Source of the DNA: Alphaproteobacteria bacterium
Lineage (GTDB): Bacteria > Pseudomonadota > Alphaproteobacteria > UBA828
DNA: 64,000 nucleotides
Assembly: GCA_965214705.1 (NCBI GenBank)
Contig: CBDCCI010000001.1
Location: 448,001-512,000, forward strand
Reading direction: 5' to 3'
This document shows, piece by piece, positions 10,197 through 19,298 of the stretch. The translations under genes were made by a program, and so were the position numbers. Positions within the stretch are counted from its first letter, which is position 1; the number at the start of each line of letters is the position of its first letter. The notes beneath the pieces were generated by a model. The model saw nothing but the letters and a program-made list of their open reading frames with translations. It did not search any database and was not told where the DNA came from.

Positions 10197-11912
10197 ATGC
10201 CGAAGGTCACGCCCTCACCCCTCAGCAGCGCCGGTTCGCCGTCGCCTGCGGTGGTTTCGGCGGCGCTGGCGACCCTGCAGGCGGAGCTTGCCGAGGAGCG
10301 CGCGGCGCGCCGTGCGACCGAAGCAGCCCTATGCGAAGCGGAGCAGGCACGCGGCGCGGCGGAGGCGGCGAGGCAGACGGCGGAAGCGCGGGCGGCACGG
10401 CTGGAGGCCGAGAACGCGCACAGCGCGGAGCAGATCAGCCGGCTTGAGCATCTCAACAAGGAGCTCAGGAAGGCGCTGTTCGGTCCGCGCTCCGAGAAGC
10501 TCAACGAGGACGAGCGCCAGCTTACGTTCGAGGAGTTTTGGGCGGCGATCGCTGAAGCCGGCGGTCGGCCCGAGGCAGATGACCAGGAGCAGGACGAGGG
10601 GGCTGGCGGCAAGCGCCGGCGGCGCTCTTCCCGGGGGTCGCGCAGCGGGGTGCGCTTCGGGCCCCAGGTCGACCGGCGCGAGGAGGTGATCGAGCCGGAC
10701 ACGATCATGTGCCCCTGCGGCTGCGGCGAGATGACGAAGATCGGCGAGGACCGCAGCGAGCGGCTGGACTATGAGCCGGCGAAGTTCACCGTCATCGAGA
10801 CCGTGCGCCCCCGCTACGCCTGCAACAAGTGCAAGGGCGGCGGGGTGGTGCAGGCGTCGGCGCCCGCCTCTCTGGTGGAGGGCGGCCTTCCCACCGAGGC
10901 TCTTCTGGCGCAGGTGCTGATCGCGAAGTACGGCGATCATTGCCCGCTCTACCGTCAGTCGCAGATTTACGAGCGCTCGGGGATCGAGGTTCACCGTGCG
11001 ACGCTGGCGACGTGGGTGGGGCAGGCGTCGTTTCACCTGCGCCCCGTGGTCGCTTGCCTGAAGGATGAGCTGAAGAAGTCGGATCACCTGGGTCTGGACG
11101 AGACCACGATCCGCGTTCTCGACCCGGGCCGGGGCAAGACGAAGACGGGCTACATGTGGACCCTTGTGCGCGACGAGCGCCACTGGAGCGGCGCCGACCC
11201 GCCGGGCGTTGTCTATCGCTATGAGCCCGGTCGCGGCGGCAAGTATGGCGCCAGGCTCTTGAAGGGCTTTTCGGGGACGGTGCAGCTCGACGCCTACTCG
11301 GGCCACAACATCCTGGCGCGGCCGGACCGGCCCGGCGGCCCCGTGACGCGGGCTCTGTGCTGGGCGCACGTCAGGCGCAAGCTGAAAGAGGTGTACGACT
11401 CGAGCGCCTCGCCGATCGCGCTGGCTGGCCTGAAGCGGATCGCGACGCTCTATGCGATCGAGGAGAAGATCCGGGGCGAGCCGCCGGCGACGCGTCAGGC
11501 GATCCGCTGGGAGGAGTCGGCGCCGATCGTGAACGCCTTCGGTGTCTGGCTCGACGAACAGCGCTCGCGGGTCTCACCGCGCTCGCGTCTCGGCGAGAAG
11601 CTCACCTATATCGCCAACCAGTGGGACGGGCTGCTGGAGTTCCTGCACGACGGCCGCGTCGAGATCGACTCGAACCTGGTGGAAAACCGAATCCGCCCGC
11701 TGAAGCTCACCGCCAAGAATGCGCTCTTCGCCGGCAACGACGAGGGTGCGCAAGCCTGGGCCCGCATCGCATCGCTGATCGAGACCTGCAAGATGAACGG
11801 CGTCGAGCCTTACGCCTGGATGCGGAGCACGCTCGAGAAGATCGCCAAGGGTCACCCGCAGTCCAAAATCCAGGAACTGCTGCCGTGGAACTTCGAGCCC
11901 GAGACAAATTGA
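10197..11912 (+). CDS. tnpC: IS66 transposase
   Basis: LFGPRSEKL, CPCGC, LDETT, CWAHVRRK, IDSNLVENRIRP, ELLPWN. Confidence 0.95.
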   Translation: MPKVTPSPLSSAGSPSPAVVSAALATLQAELAEERAARRATEAALCEAEQARGAAEAARQTAEARAARLEAENAHSAEQISRLEHLNKELRKALFGPRSEKLNEDERQLTFEEFWAAIAEAGGRPEADDQEQDEGAGGKRRRRSSRGSRSGVRFGPQVDRREEVIEPDTIMCPCGCGEMTKIGEDRSERLDYEPAKFTVIETVRPRYACNKCKGGGVVQASAPASLVEGGLPTEALLAQVLIAKYGDHCPLYRQSQIYERSGIEVHRATLATWVGQASFHLRPVVACLKDELKKSDHLGLDETTIRVLDPGRGKTKTGYMWTLVRDERHWSGADPPGVVYRYEPGRGGKYGARLLKGFSGTVQLDAYSGHNILARPDRPGGPVTRALCWAHVRRKLKEVYDSSASPIALAGLKRIATLYAIEEKIRGEPPATRQAIRWEESAPIVNAFGVWLDEQRSRVSPRSRLGEKLTYIANQWDGLLEFLHDGRVEIDSNLVENRIRPLKLTAKNALFAGNDEGAQAWARIASLIETCKMNGVEPYAWMRSTLEKIAKGHPQSKIQELLPWNFEPETN

Positions 11913-11988
11913 CTCGCGCGCTCACGGCGCTCCTCAACAAGTCCCCCTCGTAGTCAACCCAGATTCCGGCATGGGGTCTGCGTAACGC

Positions 11989-13530
11989 TTACAATGCATC
12001 CGGCTCTCCAAAGGCTTTCGCAAAGTCAGGAGACCTCATCCATTTGAGCTCGAACCTCCGAACCTGTCGGTAGCCCATGAGGTATTGCTCGGTGCCACCC
12101 TCGGCCCAGACCTGGTAGCCAGGATGTTCCCGGCTAGCCCTGCGCCAGTCCGCGGACAGCTTCCTGCCGGGGACGCCCTTATGCTTGCCCCGCAGCCACA
12201 GCCAGAGCCTATAACTCGCATACCAATCCAAGGTGGACAGGATGCGCTTGGCCCCTATGCAGTAGCGGTAGTAGCCGGACCATCCCCGGAGGATCGGATT
12301 GATTTCCCGGAGCATGCTTTCCAACGACCGAACTTGCGTTTGCCGCCTCAGCACCTTCTTGATCCGCCAGCGGAAGTCGTTGACCACCTCCTTCGGGATT
12401 TCGATCCGACACCCGTAGCCATACCGGTCGTCCCATTTGAGGCGAACCCGGCAGCCTAGGAACCGGAACCCTTCCGTCAGTTCGGTGATCCGCGTCTTCT
12501 CTTCCGATAGCGTCAGCCCCATCTCCTCGCGCAGCCAGTCCGCGAGCGCCCGCCTCTCGGCAGCCGCATCGTCGTACCCGCCCGCCACAAAGATCAGGAA
12601 GTCGTCGGCATACCGGACCGGGTAGAAGACCGGTCGCCCGGCCTCCCTGTCCCGGTGTCGCCGGTCCGAGGCCCTTCTCACCCCGTCTCTGCGGAGCTTG
12701 GGATCATGCGGGTGCTTGACCCACCACCAGTACCGCTCCTCGATCGCGCCCAGCGCGATGTTGGCCAGCAGCGGTGACAGGACGCCCCCTTGAGGCGTGC
12801 CGGTAGCCGTCGGACTGTAAATGAAGTCCTCCAGCACCCCGGCCTTGAGGAACCGCACGATCAGCCGGTTCACCTTCCGGTCCGCGCAGGATTTCCGCAC
12901 GCGCTCCATCAAGTGATGGTGGCCGATGTTATCGAAGCAGCCCTCAATGTCGCCTTCGATCACCCATTGATAGGGAGTGTCACGGCGCATTCCATCCGGC
13001 CCGTCGCGTCGGGGCCGAATGGTCTGCCGGATATGTTCGAGTGCGCCATGGCAGCCCCGACCGGGCCGGAACCCGTAGGACACTTGCCAGAATCGCGCCT
13101 CGAAGATCGGCTCCAAGATATTCTTGACCGCGCCTTGCACTACGCGATCAGCAACGGTGGGGATACCAAGGGGTCGGAACTTCCCCGGTCTGCCCGGCTT
13201 CGGAATCCACTTGCGTCTGGCGGGCGACGGTCGGTAGCTGCCATTCCGCAGCGTCTCCCGAAGCTCGGCCAGAAAGAGCGGTACGCCTCCGTCACCAGCG
13301 GCAATGCTCGCCACCGTCAACCCGTCGACACCCGGCGTCCGCCTGCCCTTGTTCTGGGCAATCGAATGCCAAGCACAGCGAAGATTGCGCGGATCGGTTA
13401 CCCAGTTCCACACATCGCCGTAGGCGCCCTCGGGCGTCTCCTTACTCCACCGATACAACTTCCGCTGCACGTTGAGGAGCCAAGCCTTATCGGCCTGATT
13501 ATCCGAGTCCACGGATAGTCCCTCCGTCAT
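11989..13530 (-). CDS. ltrA: Group II intron reverse transcriptase/maturase, no endonuclease domain evident; start uncertain; stop supplied by the IS66 end
   Basis: RPLGIPTVADRVVQ, SYGFRPGRG, DIEGCFDNI, GTPQGGVLSPLLANI, RYADD, domain X INPILRGW. Confidence 0.93.
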   Translation of the reverse strand: MTEGLSVDSDNQADKAWLLNVQRKLYRWSKETPEGAYGDVWNWVTDPRNLRCAWHSIAQNKGRRTPGVDGLTVASIAAGDGGVPLFLAELRETLRNGSYRPSPARRKWIPKPGRPGKFRPLGIPTVADRVVQGAVKNILEPIFEARFWQVSYGFRPGRGCHGALEHIRQTIRPRRDGPDGMRRDTPYQWVIEGDIEGCFDNIGHHHLMERVRKSCADRKVNRLIVRFLKAGVLEDFIYSPTATGTPQGGVLSPLLANIALGAIEERYWWWVKHPHDPKLRRDGVRRASDRRHRDREAGRPVFYPVRYADDFLIFVAGGYDDAAAERRALADWLREEMGLTLSEEKTRITELTEGFRFLGCRVRLKWDDRYGYGCRIEIPKEVVNDFRWRIKKVLRRQTQVRSLESMLREINPILRGWSGYYRYCIGAKRILSTLDWYASYRLWLWLRGKHKGVPGRKLSADWRRASREHPGYQVWAEGGTEQYLMGYRQVRRFELKWMRSPDFAKAFGEPDAL

Positions 13531-15195
13531 GCGTACGTTGATCCGCCTTCTGCCCCCCTTCGCCATGTATGCGGCTTTCCCACACTCGGACTACTACGAG
13601 GGCTCCGCCCCTATGCGGCCCATCTCCGTTCTCCGCAGCTAGCCCGGCTCCGTACCGGGCGGACAGCACAGGTTCCTGTGTTCCGATAACCAACCTGAGA
13701 CCCTTAGGCGGCACGCTATACCCCTTGCGGTTCAGGGACCCGGGATAGAAGGGTTGACCCGTGCCCGGGTGCGCGTGGCGCACCCGCCAGAAGGCAGATG
13801 AAAGACCATCCGGCTCGGTCCGCAGTCCCTCCGCCCCGTCGGGCCATTGAGGGTCCAGTCCTAAATAAGGAGGCTTCCGTCGCATGCTTCGCTCTAGCTC
13901 GCCATAGATCCTGTGGTAGCCCGGCCCGCAGGCGACGGCCCGCGTCCGGTCCAGTTCAGGTCGCAGCGTTTTCGCCCCACCGCCGGAAAACGGCGGAACT
14001 TAGCGACCCCCTTTCCCCCAACACCCTTCGCTGGGAGAGGTGGCGTCTCAGCCACCGGTCGATCATCAGCATGACCAAGTGACTGGATTACTGCATGTTT
14101 TCCTCCTCTTGGTCTTCACAGCGCTCTCCACCCGGAACTCTTCTACCGCGACGGCGGCGGCATGCGTCGCCTGCCGGCCCTCGTCGCCGCCGTCACCGCC
14201 GACGCGGGGAAACACCCCGGTCAGGAGGATCACTCCGGTCCAGGCGAGCAGACCGCTCACGGCGCCATTGTCGGCGTGCATCGGACATGGCTCGATCCCA
14301 GACATCCCGCGAAGGCAGACGTGTCCTTCCCGCGCAAGGCGCTCGGCCGTGTCCACGGCCATGCCGTCCGCTTCGGTCAAGCCGACGCCGGCACACTGAT
14401 GGTAGGCGAGGGCATCGAGACGATGCTCTCTCTGGTCACCGCCGTGCCGGCCGTCACCGCCGCAGCCGCACTCTCGGCCGGAGGCCTCGGCGCGTTCACG
14501 CCGCCGCAAGCCATCGCACGTCTCGTGGTGGCCTGCGACAACGATGCGGCCGGAGAGCGCGCTGCGCTTCGCCTCCGGCGGCGATGTTCCGCGCTGGGCA
14601 TCGAGTGCGCCGTCGTCGTCTCCGAAACCGGCGACTTCAACGAGGACATGGTGATCTTCGGTCCGCAAGCCCTGGCCGCCCGCATCGCGCCCCTGATCCG
14701 CACCGGCCCGGCCGTGCCCACGGCCAGGAAAGAAACAGGGGGCCGTGCGTGATGAAATGGAATCCTCTTCCGTCGTGTCCTCCAATTCTTCCACGCGTGC
14801 TCGCACCAGCAACCCTGCGGGTCCTCCAGTCGCTCCGCTCCTTCCGGCCTGGCCCAAGGAACTCTAGGGCGGGCCGTGAAGGTCGCCGACCGTGAAGATG
14901 GCGCTCGCGAACTCTCCAAGGCCTCGCGTGTGGCGCACCGGCCCCTGGCGCGGGGCCGGCGCGTCGGCCCGGCGCTAGCAGTTGTTGAGAAGGCCAACTC
15001 GTAACGCGGCCAGTCACCAAGGCAGCGCGCCGGACCTCCCAGATCCCGAGAGCGCCATCTTCCGCACCATCGGCGACCTTCCGCACCACCCCGCCCAAGA
15101 GTTCCTAAGGCCAGGTGCCGATCCTGCGCGCGCGTGAAGAAGGAGGACACCACGACGGGGCACAGGGTCCCGGTGGATAGACAAGGGAGATCGTC

Positions 15196-16125
15196 ATGAT
15201 CGACACTACCAGCACTACCGCATCAGCTTCTTCCACTGCCACCGTTTGCGAGAGCATGGCCCTCTACGGCGCAGCGCCCGAGCGCGGCGAGCTCGACAGC
15301 AGGGTCGTCTGGGACGAGGACGACGCCATCGATGCGCTGAACGAAGCCATCCGCGTCATCGTCGATGGCATCACCGTCGACGGCACACAGATGGCCGACG
15401 AGCGCGAGCCCCTCATGTGGGGCCTGACCAACATGCTGCACTCGCAGGTCGCCCGCCTCGACCGCGCCGTCGACCGCATCACACCCGAGATGCGCGACCT
15501 CGAGAAGGCGCAGGATGGATCGGAGGTGAAGGCGTGGGAGCTGCAGACCATGACCGACCGCGCGCAGAGCCTCGGCGACCGCCGCGACGCCTTCGAGAAG
15601 ATGCGCGACATCGCAGCCGATGCCTACCGTGCTGAGACCGGCGACACATGGCGCCCGAGACACGGATCGCACGCGAGCCAGACCGGCACGCTCACCTTCA
15701 CCTCCGCCGCCATCGACGCCCGCGACTTCCGCCGCGCCCGCAAGGACCGCGAGACCCGCGCGCACCTGCCGGAGGGGACGCTGGTCGCCATCACCGGCGG
15801 CAAGACCGTCAGCGATGCCGACGCGGTCTGGACCACACTCGACATGGCGCACGCGAAGTACGGCGACATGGTGCTGCTACATGGTGGAGGTCCCGGCGTC
15901 GAGAAGATCGCCGCGAGCTGGGCCGAGGCCAGAGGCGTCAACCAGGTCGTCTGCCGCCCTGACTGGAACGCCCACGGCAAGGCCGCGCCCTTCCGCCGCA
16001 ACGACGACCTGCTCAACCTGCTGCCCAAGGGCGTCATCGCCTTCCCCGGCAGCGGCATCACGGGCAACCTCGTCGACAAAGCCCGGCAGCTCGGCATACC
16101 GGTTCTCCAGGTCAAGGCCGCGTAA
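15196..16125 (+). CDS. DUF2493 / YspA-like SLOG domain protein typical of integrative-element backbones
   Basis: LLHGGGPGVEKIAASWA, HGKAAPFRRND, AFPGSGITGNLVDKA. Confidence 0.85.
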   Translation: MIDTTSTTASASSTATVCESMALYGAAPERGELDSRVVWDEDDAIDALNEAIRVIVDGITVDGTQMADEREPLMWGLTNMLHSQVARLDRAVDRITPEMRDLEKAQDGSEVKAWELQTMTDRAQSLGDRRDAFEKMRDIAADAYRAETGDTWRPRHGSHASQTGTLTFTSAAIDARDFRRARKDRETRAHLPEGTLVAITGGKTVSDADAVWTTLDMAHAKYGDMVLLHGGGPGVEKIAASWAEARGVNQVVCRPDWNAHGKAAPFRRNDDLLNLLPKGVIAFPGSGITGNLVDKARQLGIPVLQVKAA

Positions 16126-16142
16126 GCAGCGCGCGCCTCGAC

Positions 16143-16180
16143 GAAGCGGCCGGTGCCTTGCGGCACCGGCCGCTTTCTTC
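16143..16180 (+). terminator. Probable intrinsic terminator
   Basis: AAGCGGCCGGTGCC-TTGC-GGCACCGGCCGCTT followed by a T-rich run, right after the stop; equivalent stem at ~39705-39742. Confidence 0.65.
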
Positions 16181-16504
16181 GTGTTTCACGTCGGGCGTCA
16201 TCAGCGTCGGCTGTGCACCCGTCCATCGGATTGTGCACCGCCAACCCGAGTGCGCGCTCGAACGCCGGCGTCGCCGCGCTTCGCACCGGCGCCGTCCGTG
16301 CTCGCTGCAGCGGCCCTGCTTCCCCGCCTCCCTCCGCCGCCGTGCATCAGGCTCGGCGCTACGCGCCGTCGCCGGACGATCGCCTCGCAGCAGAAAGACA
16401 GACCGCGGTTCAGTCCGCGACGGTCTGCCCGCAGTCGAGCAGCGCACGCCGTCGCCGGCCCTTGCAGCGGCACGCGCATGGACTGCGCGTGCTCCCGCCC
16501 GTGC

Positions 16505-17190
16505 CGGTGACGATGATCAGGGCGATGAGGATGGCCATGGTGCACCAGCGAGTGCGGCCGCCGACATCGTGCCGCAACTCACCCTCGACCGCCGCACTGC
16601 AAGTCACGCGCGCACCCTCGGCGTCAGCGCCGTCGCCGATGGCGACGAGCGCCTCCGCACTTCGACGGACATTGGTGCCGTCGCGCCTGAACGGCCCGAC
16701 GCCACTGAGCCCGGCGCTCGTGACGATCATGGCGAGCGGCTCGCTGCGCCGATCACGGTCGCGAGCGCCTGCACCTCCTCCCGCTTGCCGTCCGGCCTCG
16801 ACCCTCGCCCGGTTGCCGCAGGCACGCGCCCGCCTGACCGCGAGGTCCGCCCCCGTGATCGAGCCGCCCACCGCCATTCCCGGTCCCACCACCGGCACGC
16901 GCATCGCCGCACGCGCTTTCGCGTGCGGCGATGACGATGACCAAGGCGATCACGATGATGATGGTGCGCCGACGTCTGCGGCCGCCGACATCGTGCCGCA
17001 GTTCACCTTCGACCCATGGACTGCACGTCCCATGCGCGTGCTCTGCGTCAGCGCCGTCGCCGAAGACGACGAGCGCCTCCGCGGTTCGACGGACATTGGC
17101 GCCGTCGTGCCTGAACGGCCCGACGTCACCACGTCCGACACTCGTGGCGATCATAGTGATCGGTCCACTGCGCCGACCGTGACCGCATGC
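16505..17190. repeat. Two degenerate ~255-bp direct repeats (~16505-16760 and ~16927-17190)
   Basis: Shared GCGGCCGCCGACATCGTGCCGCA and GCCTGAACGGCCCGACG blocks; inverted homologs at ~39020-39540. Confidence 0.75.
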
Positions 17191-17479
17191 CCCAATTCCG
17201 CCGCATTTCCGAACGCCGCCAGGCCAGCGAGAACATACCCCCGCACGAGCTCGGCAGATCGATCCCCGAGTGCATCCCGAGCCGTGCCGAGCGCTCCGGC
17301 ATCGCCACACAAGGACAACATAAGCCGCCACTTGTGTTCTGCATAACGCGTGCCATAAGAAATTCCGCGTATGCTCTGCGTAATACGCCCGAATTCCCGG
17401 ATTCCTGGCCTCACCAAGCATCCTGCGCCGCCTAAGTGGCTGGGCCTGAACGCTTTTCTTCGGACCCTTGGACCTGTCC

Positions 17480-17735
17480 TACGCCCTCAGGGCGCTTTTA
17501 CCGTCACACCCCACGCATCGCTGATGCCGGACCGACATATCGATGACATGCGCCGTCACAGCTACGCTCCAGTACGCCCTGGTATGACAAGTGTCATGAC
17601 AGGAGCGTTGGAACGAGAGAATCTCATTGAAATACGCCACTATCGCACTGAAATCATTCACATCTTTCTCAGATCGAAATACATTGACATACGTTGATCT
17701 TGTCCGGTCAGCCGCGCGTATTTCGCGCGAATGCC
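17480..17735. promoter_or_regulatory. Conserved AT-rich non-coding block with palindromes (inverted copy at ~37960-38215)
   Basis: TGACAAGTGTCATGACA palindromes, TTGACA, TACGCTCCAGTACGC; highly similar in both copies. Confidence 0.5.
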
Positions 17736-17765
17736 CGCCCGAGGCCCCGCCGGGCCGCCCGGTGA

Positions 17766-19160
17766 CTAGAACTGGCGCACGAAGCGAAGCTCGCCCCGCG
17801 TGCGCTCGTAGTCATAGAGCTGTGCGTTGGTCTTGCGGACCTCGTGAACCACCCCCACCGCCGGGCTGAAGCCGTAGAGTGTGATCCCACGGTTGTACAC
17901 CGACGCCCGCGCGCTCCACGTCCGGTCCTCGCGCGCCCCGTTGTCCGGCACGTACGGGTGCCACCCCGCCTCGAAGTCCGTCCAGCGATAGTCCCCGCCG
18001 CCGCTCACCGTGAAGCCCAGCGGCAGGAGCACCGAAACGCCCGCGCCAACGCGATACCTCTCATGGCGATCGCGCATCACCTCCGGGCGCTCGCGCCCAT
18101 ACCCCGCAGACACATCCGCCCGAACCGTGGGCGCGATCACCCAGGCGCCGCCCAGCGAAACATCCAGAGCCGGCCCGTCCCGGCTCGTCCCCGTCCGGTG
18201 GTGCCGGTCTTCCCAGCCGACCCGCCCGTTCACCGTCACCGCACGGTTGATCCGGTGCCCCACCTCGACGCGCCCGCCGAGGGCGTGTCGATCCTTCACC
18301 GTGCCGGCCCAGCGCTGGCTCGCGGTGGCCAGCACGCTCGCCTCCGTGCGCTCGCCCAGCAGCAGGCGAGGCCCGAGATGGACCGACGCGAAAACCTCGT
18401 CGAACCGCGATCCCTCGTGCTCCCGCCGCGAGAGATTGGCGCCGCTGCGCAGCCGCACCCGCTCGCTCAGCGGATACTGATACTCGGCGCCGCCCCACAC
18501 CGAGAGGCCTATGCCCGACGTGGTCAGCTCCTCGATGTCGCGCTCGAACGGCAAACCGAAGATATAGATGGTGCGCTCGTCCGAGCTGCCGCCGATATTG
18601 GTGTCGGGCGCGATGGCGGCGCCAAGGCTGAAGCTCCAGCGCCGCCGTGCCCTGATCCGGTTCAGGAAGTGTCGGACGTTGGCGGCCACCGCCTCAGGCG
18701 GGTCGCCGGCGAGCACCCGCTCGAAGTGGCGCTGCGACAGGCTGTCCTCGCCCTTGAGGAAGAAGGCGCGGGCCAGCTCCAGACGCACCCGCACGAGCGC
18801 GGGCCGATCGATCAGGATGACGCGGAAGGACGCGATGGCGAGGCTCAACAGAAGCTCCCGCCGCCCCTCCCGGAGATCGGGGTTCAGCGACGCCTGGGTC
18901 GCCGCCAGACCCAGCAGGAAGAGGACATCGGTGCGCCGGGGATGGTCGGGATAGTCCTGTGCCAGCGCATTCAGGATGGTCAACGCCTCCCCGAAGCGGC
19001 CTTCATCGACCAGCGCTTGCGCCGACGCCAAGCCCGGCAGCGCGGGTGCGGACTGTGCGGAGAACTCACCTGCCGCCTGCTCCGTGGCGCCCCAGGCCGG
19101 GAGGGCGAGCGACAGGCAAGCGGCAAACGCGAGGGCACGGCAAAGCGGGGCAAACATCAT
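17766..19160 (-). CDS. Slam-like (type XI secretion) outer-membrane protein, TPR + DUF560-like beta-barrel
   Basis: Signal peptide, TPR-like RVRLELARAFF, APDTNI motif, C-terminal F; directly downstream of a lipoprotein gene. Confidence 0.8.
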   Translation of the reverse strand: MMFAPLCRALAFAACLSLALPAWGATEQAAGEFSAQSAPALPGLASAQALVDEGRFGEALTILNALAQDYPDHPRRTDVLFLLGLAATQASLNPDLREGRRELLLSLAIASFRVILIDRPALVRVRLELARAFFLKGEDSLSQRHFERVLAGDPPEAVAANVRHFLNRIRARRRWSFSLGAAIAPDTNIGGSSDERTIYIFGLPFERDIEELTTSGIGLSVWGGAEYQYPLSERVRLRSGANLSRREHEGSRFDEVFASVHLGPRLLLGERTEASVLATASQRWAGTVKDRHALGGRVEVGHRINRAVTVNGRVGWEDRHHRTGTSRDGPALDVSLGGAWVIAPTVRADVSAGYGRERPEVMRDRHERYRVGAGVSVLLPLGFTVSGGGDYRWTDFEAGWHPYVPDNGAREDRTWSARASVYNRGITLYGFSPAVGVVHEVRKTNAQLYDYERTRGELRFVRQF

Positions 19161-19253
19161 CGCAGCAGGCCTCGGACGGAACTCAACAGAGAGAGAATGA
19201 GAAAGAAGAAGAGGGTGGCACATCCCGCCACCCTCTTCCGGAAGTCCGGACCT

Positions 19254-19288
19254 AAAGGATCGGGGTCTTACGAGGCGACCCCGATCCC
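19254..19288 (-). terminator. Hairpin terminator between the lipoprotein and Slam genes
   Basis: GGATCGGGGTC-loop-GACCCCGATCC-TTT; same hairpin at 32882-32915. Confidence 0.6.
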
Positions 19289-19298
19289 GCCAATCCGG

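Larger units (their letters stand above)
9064..11992 (+). mobile_element. Canonical three-gene IS66 element
   Basis: Ends GTAAGCG...CGCTTAC; 8-bp TSD AATGCATC (9056-9063, 11993-12000). Confidence 0.95.
8971..14126 (-). mobile_element. Group II intron 1, antisense to the host gene, with IS66 inserted in domain V
   Basis: 5' end GAGCG; domain V GAGCCGGATGCATT|ACGAAAGGTGCATGTCCGGTTC; domain VI ending CTACTCTAC; RT ORF; precise exon rejoining. Confidence 0.9.
8532..14752 (+). pseudogene. Toprim-domain primase-like gene split by group II intron 1 (exons 8532-8970 and 14127-14752)
   Basis: Joined exons read ...RCRLPALR|FHPELFYRD...VGEGIETMLS...ACDNDAAG, colinear with the toprim paralogs. Confidence 0.88.

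Noticed and set aside
261-13566. Diversity-generating retroelement (RT plus duplicated gene 3' end)
   Set aside because: The RTs have YADD, domain X and intron domains V/VI. The duplicated segments are IS terminal repeats, and their few mismatches are not consistently at adenines (C/G in element 2).
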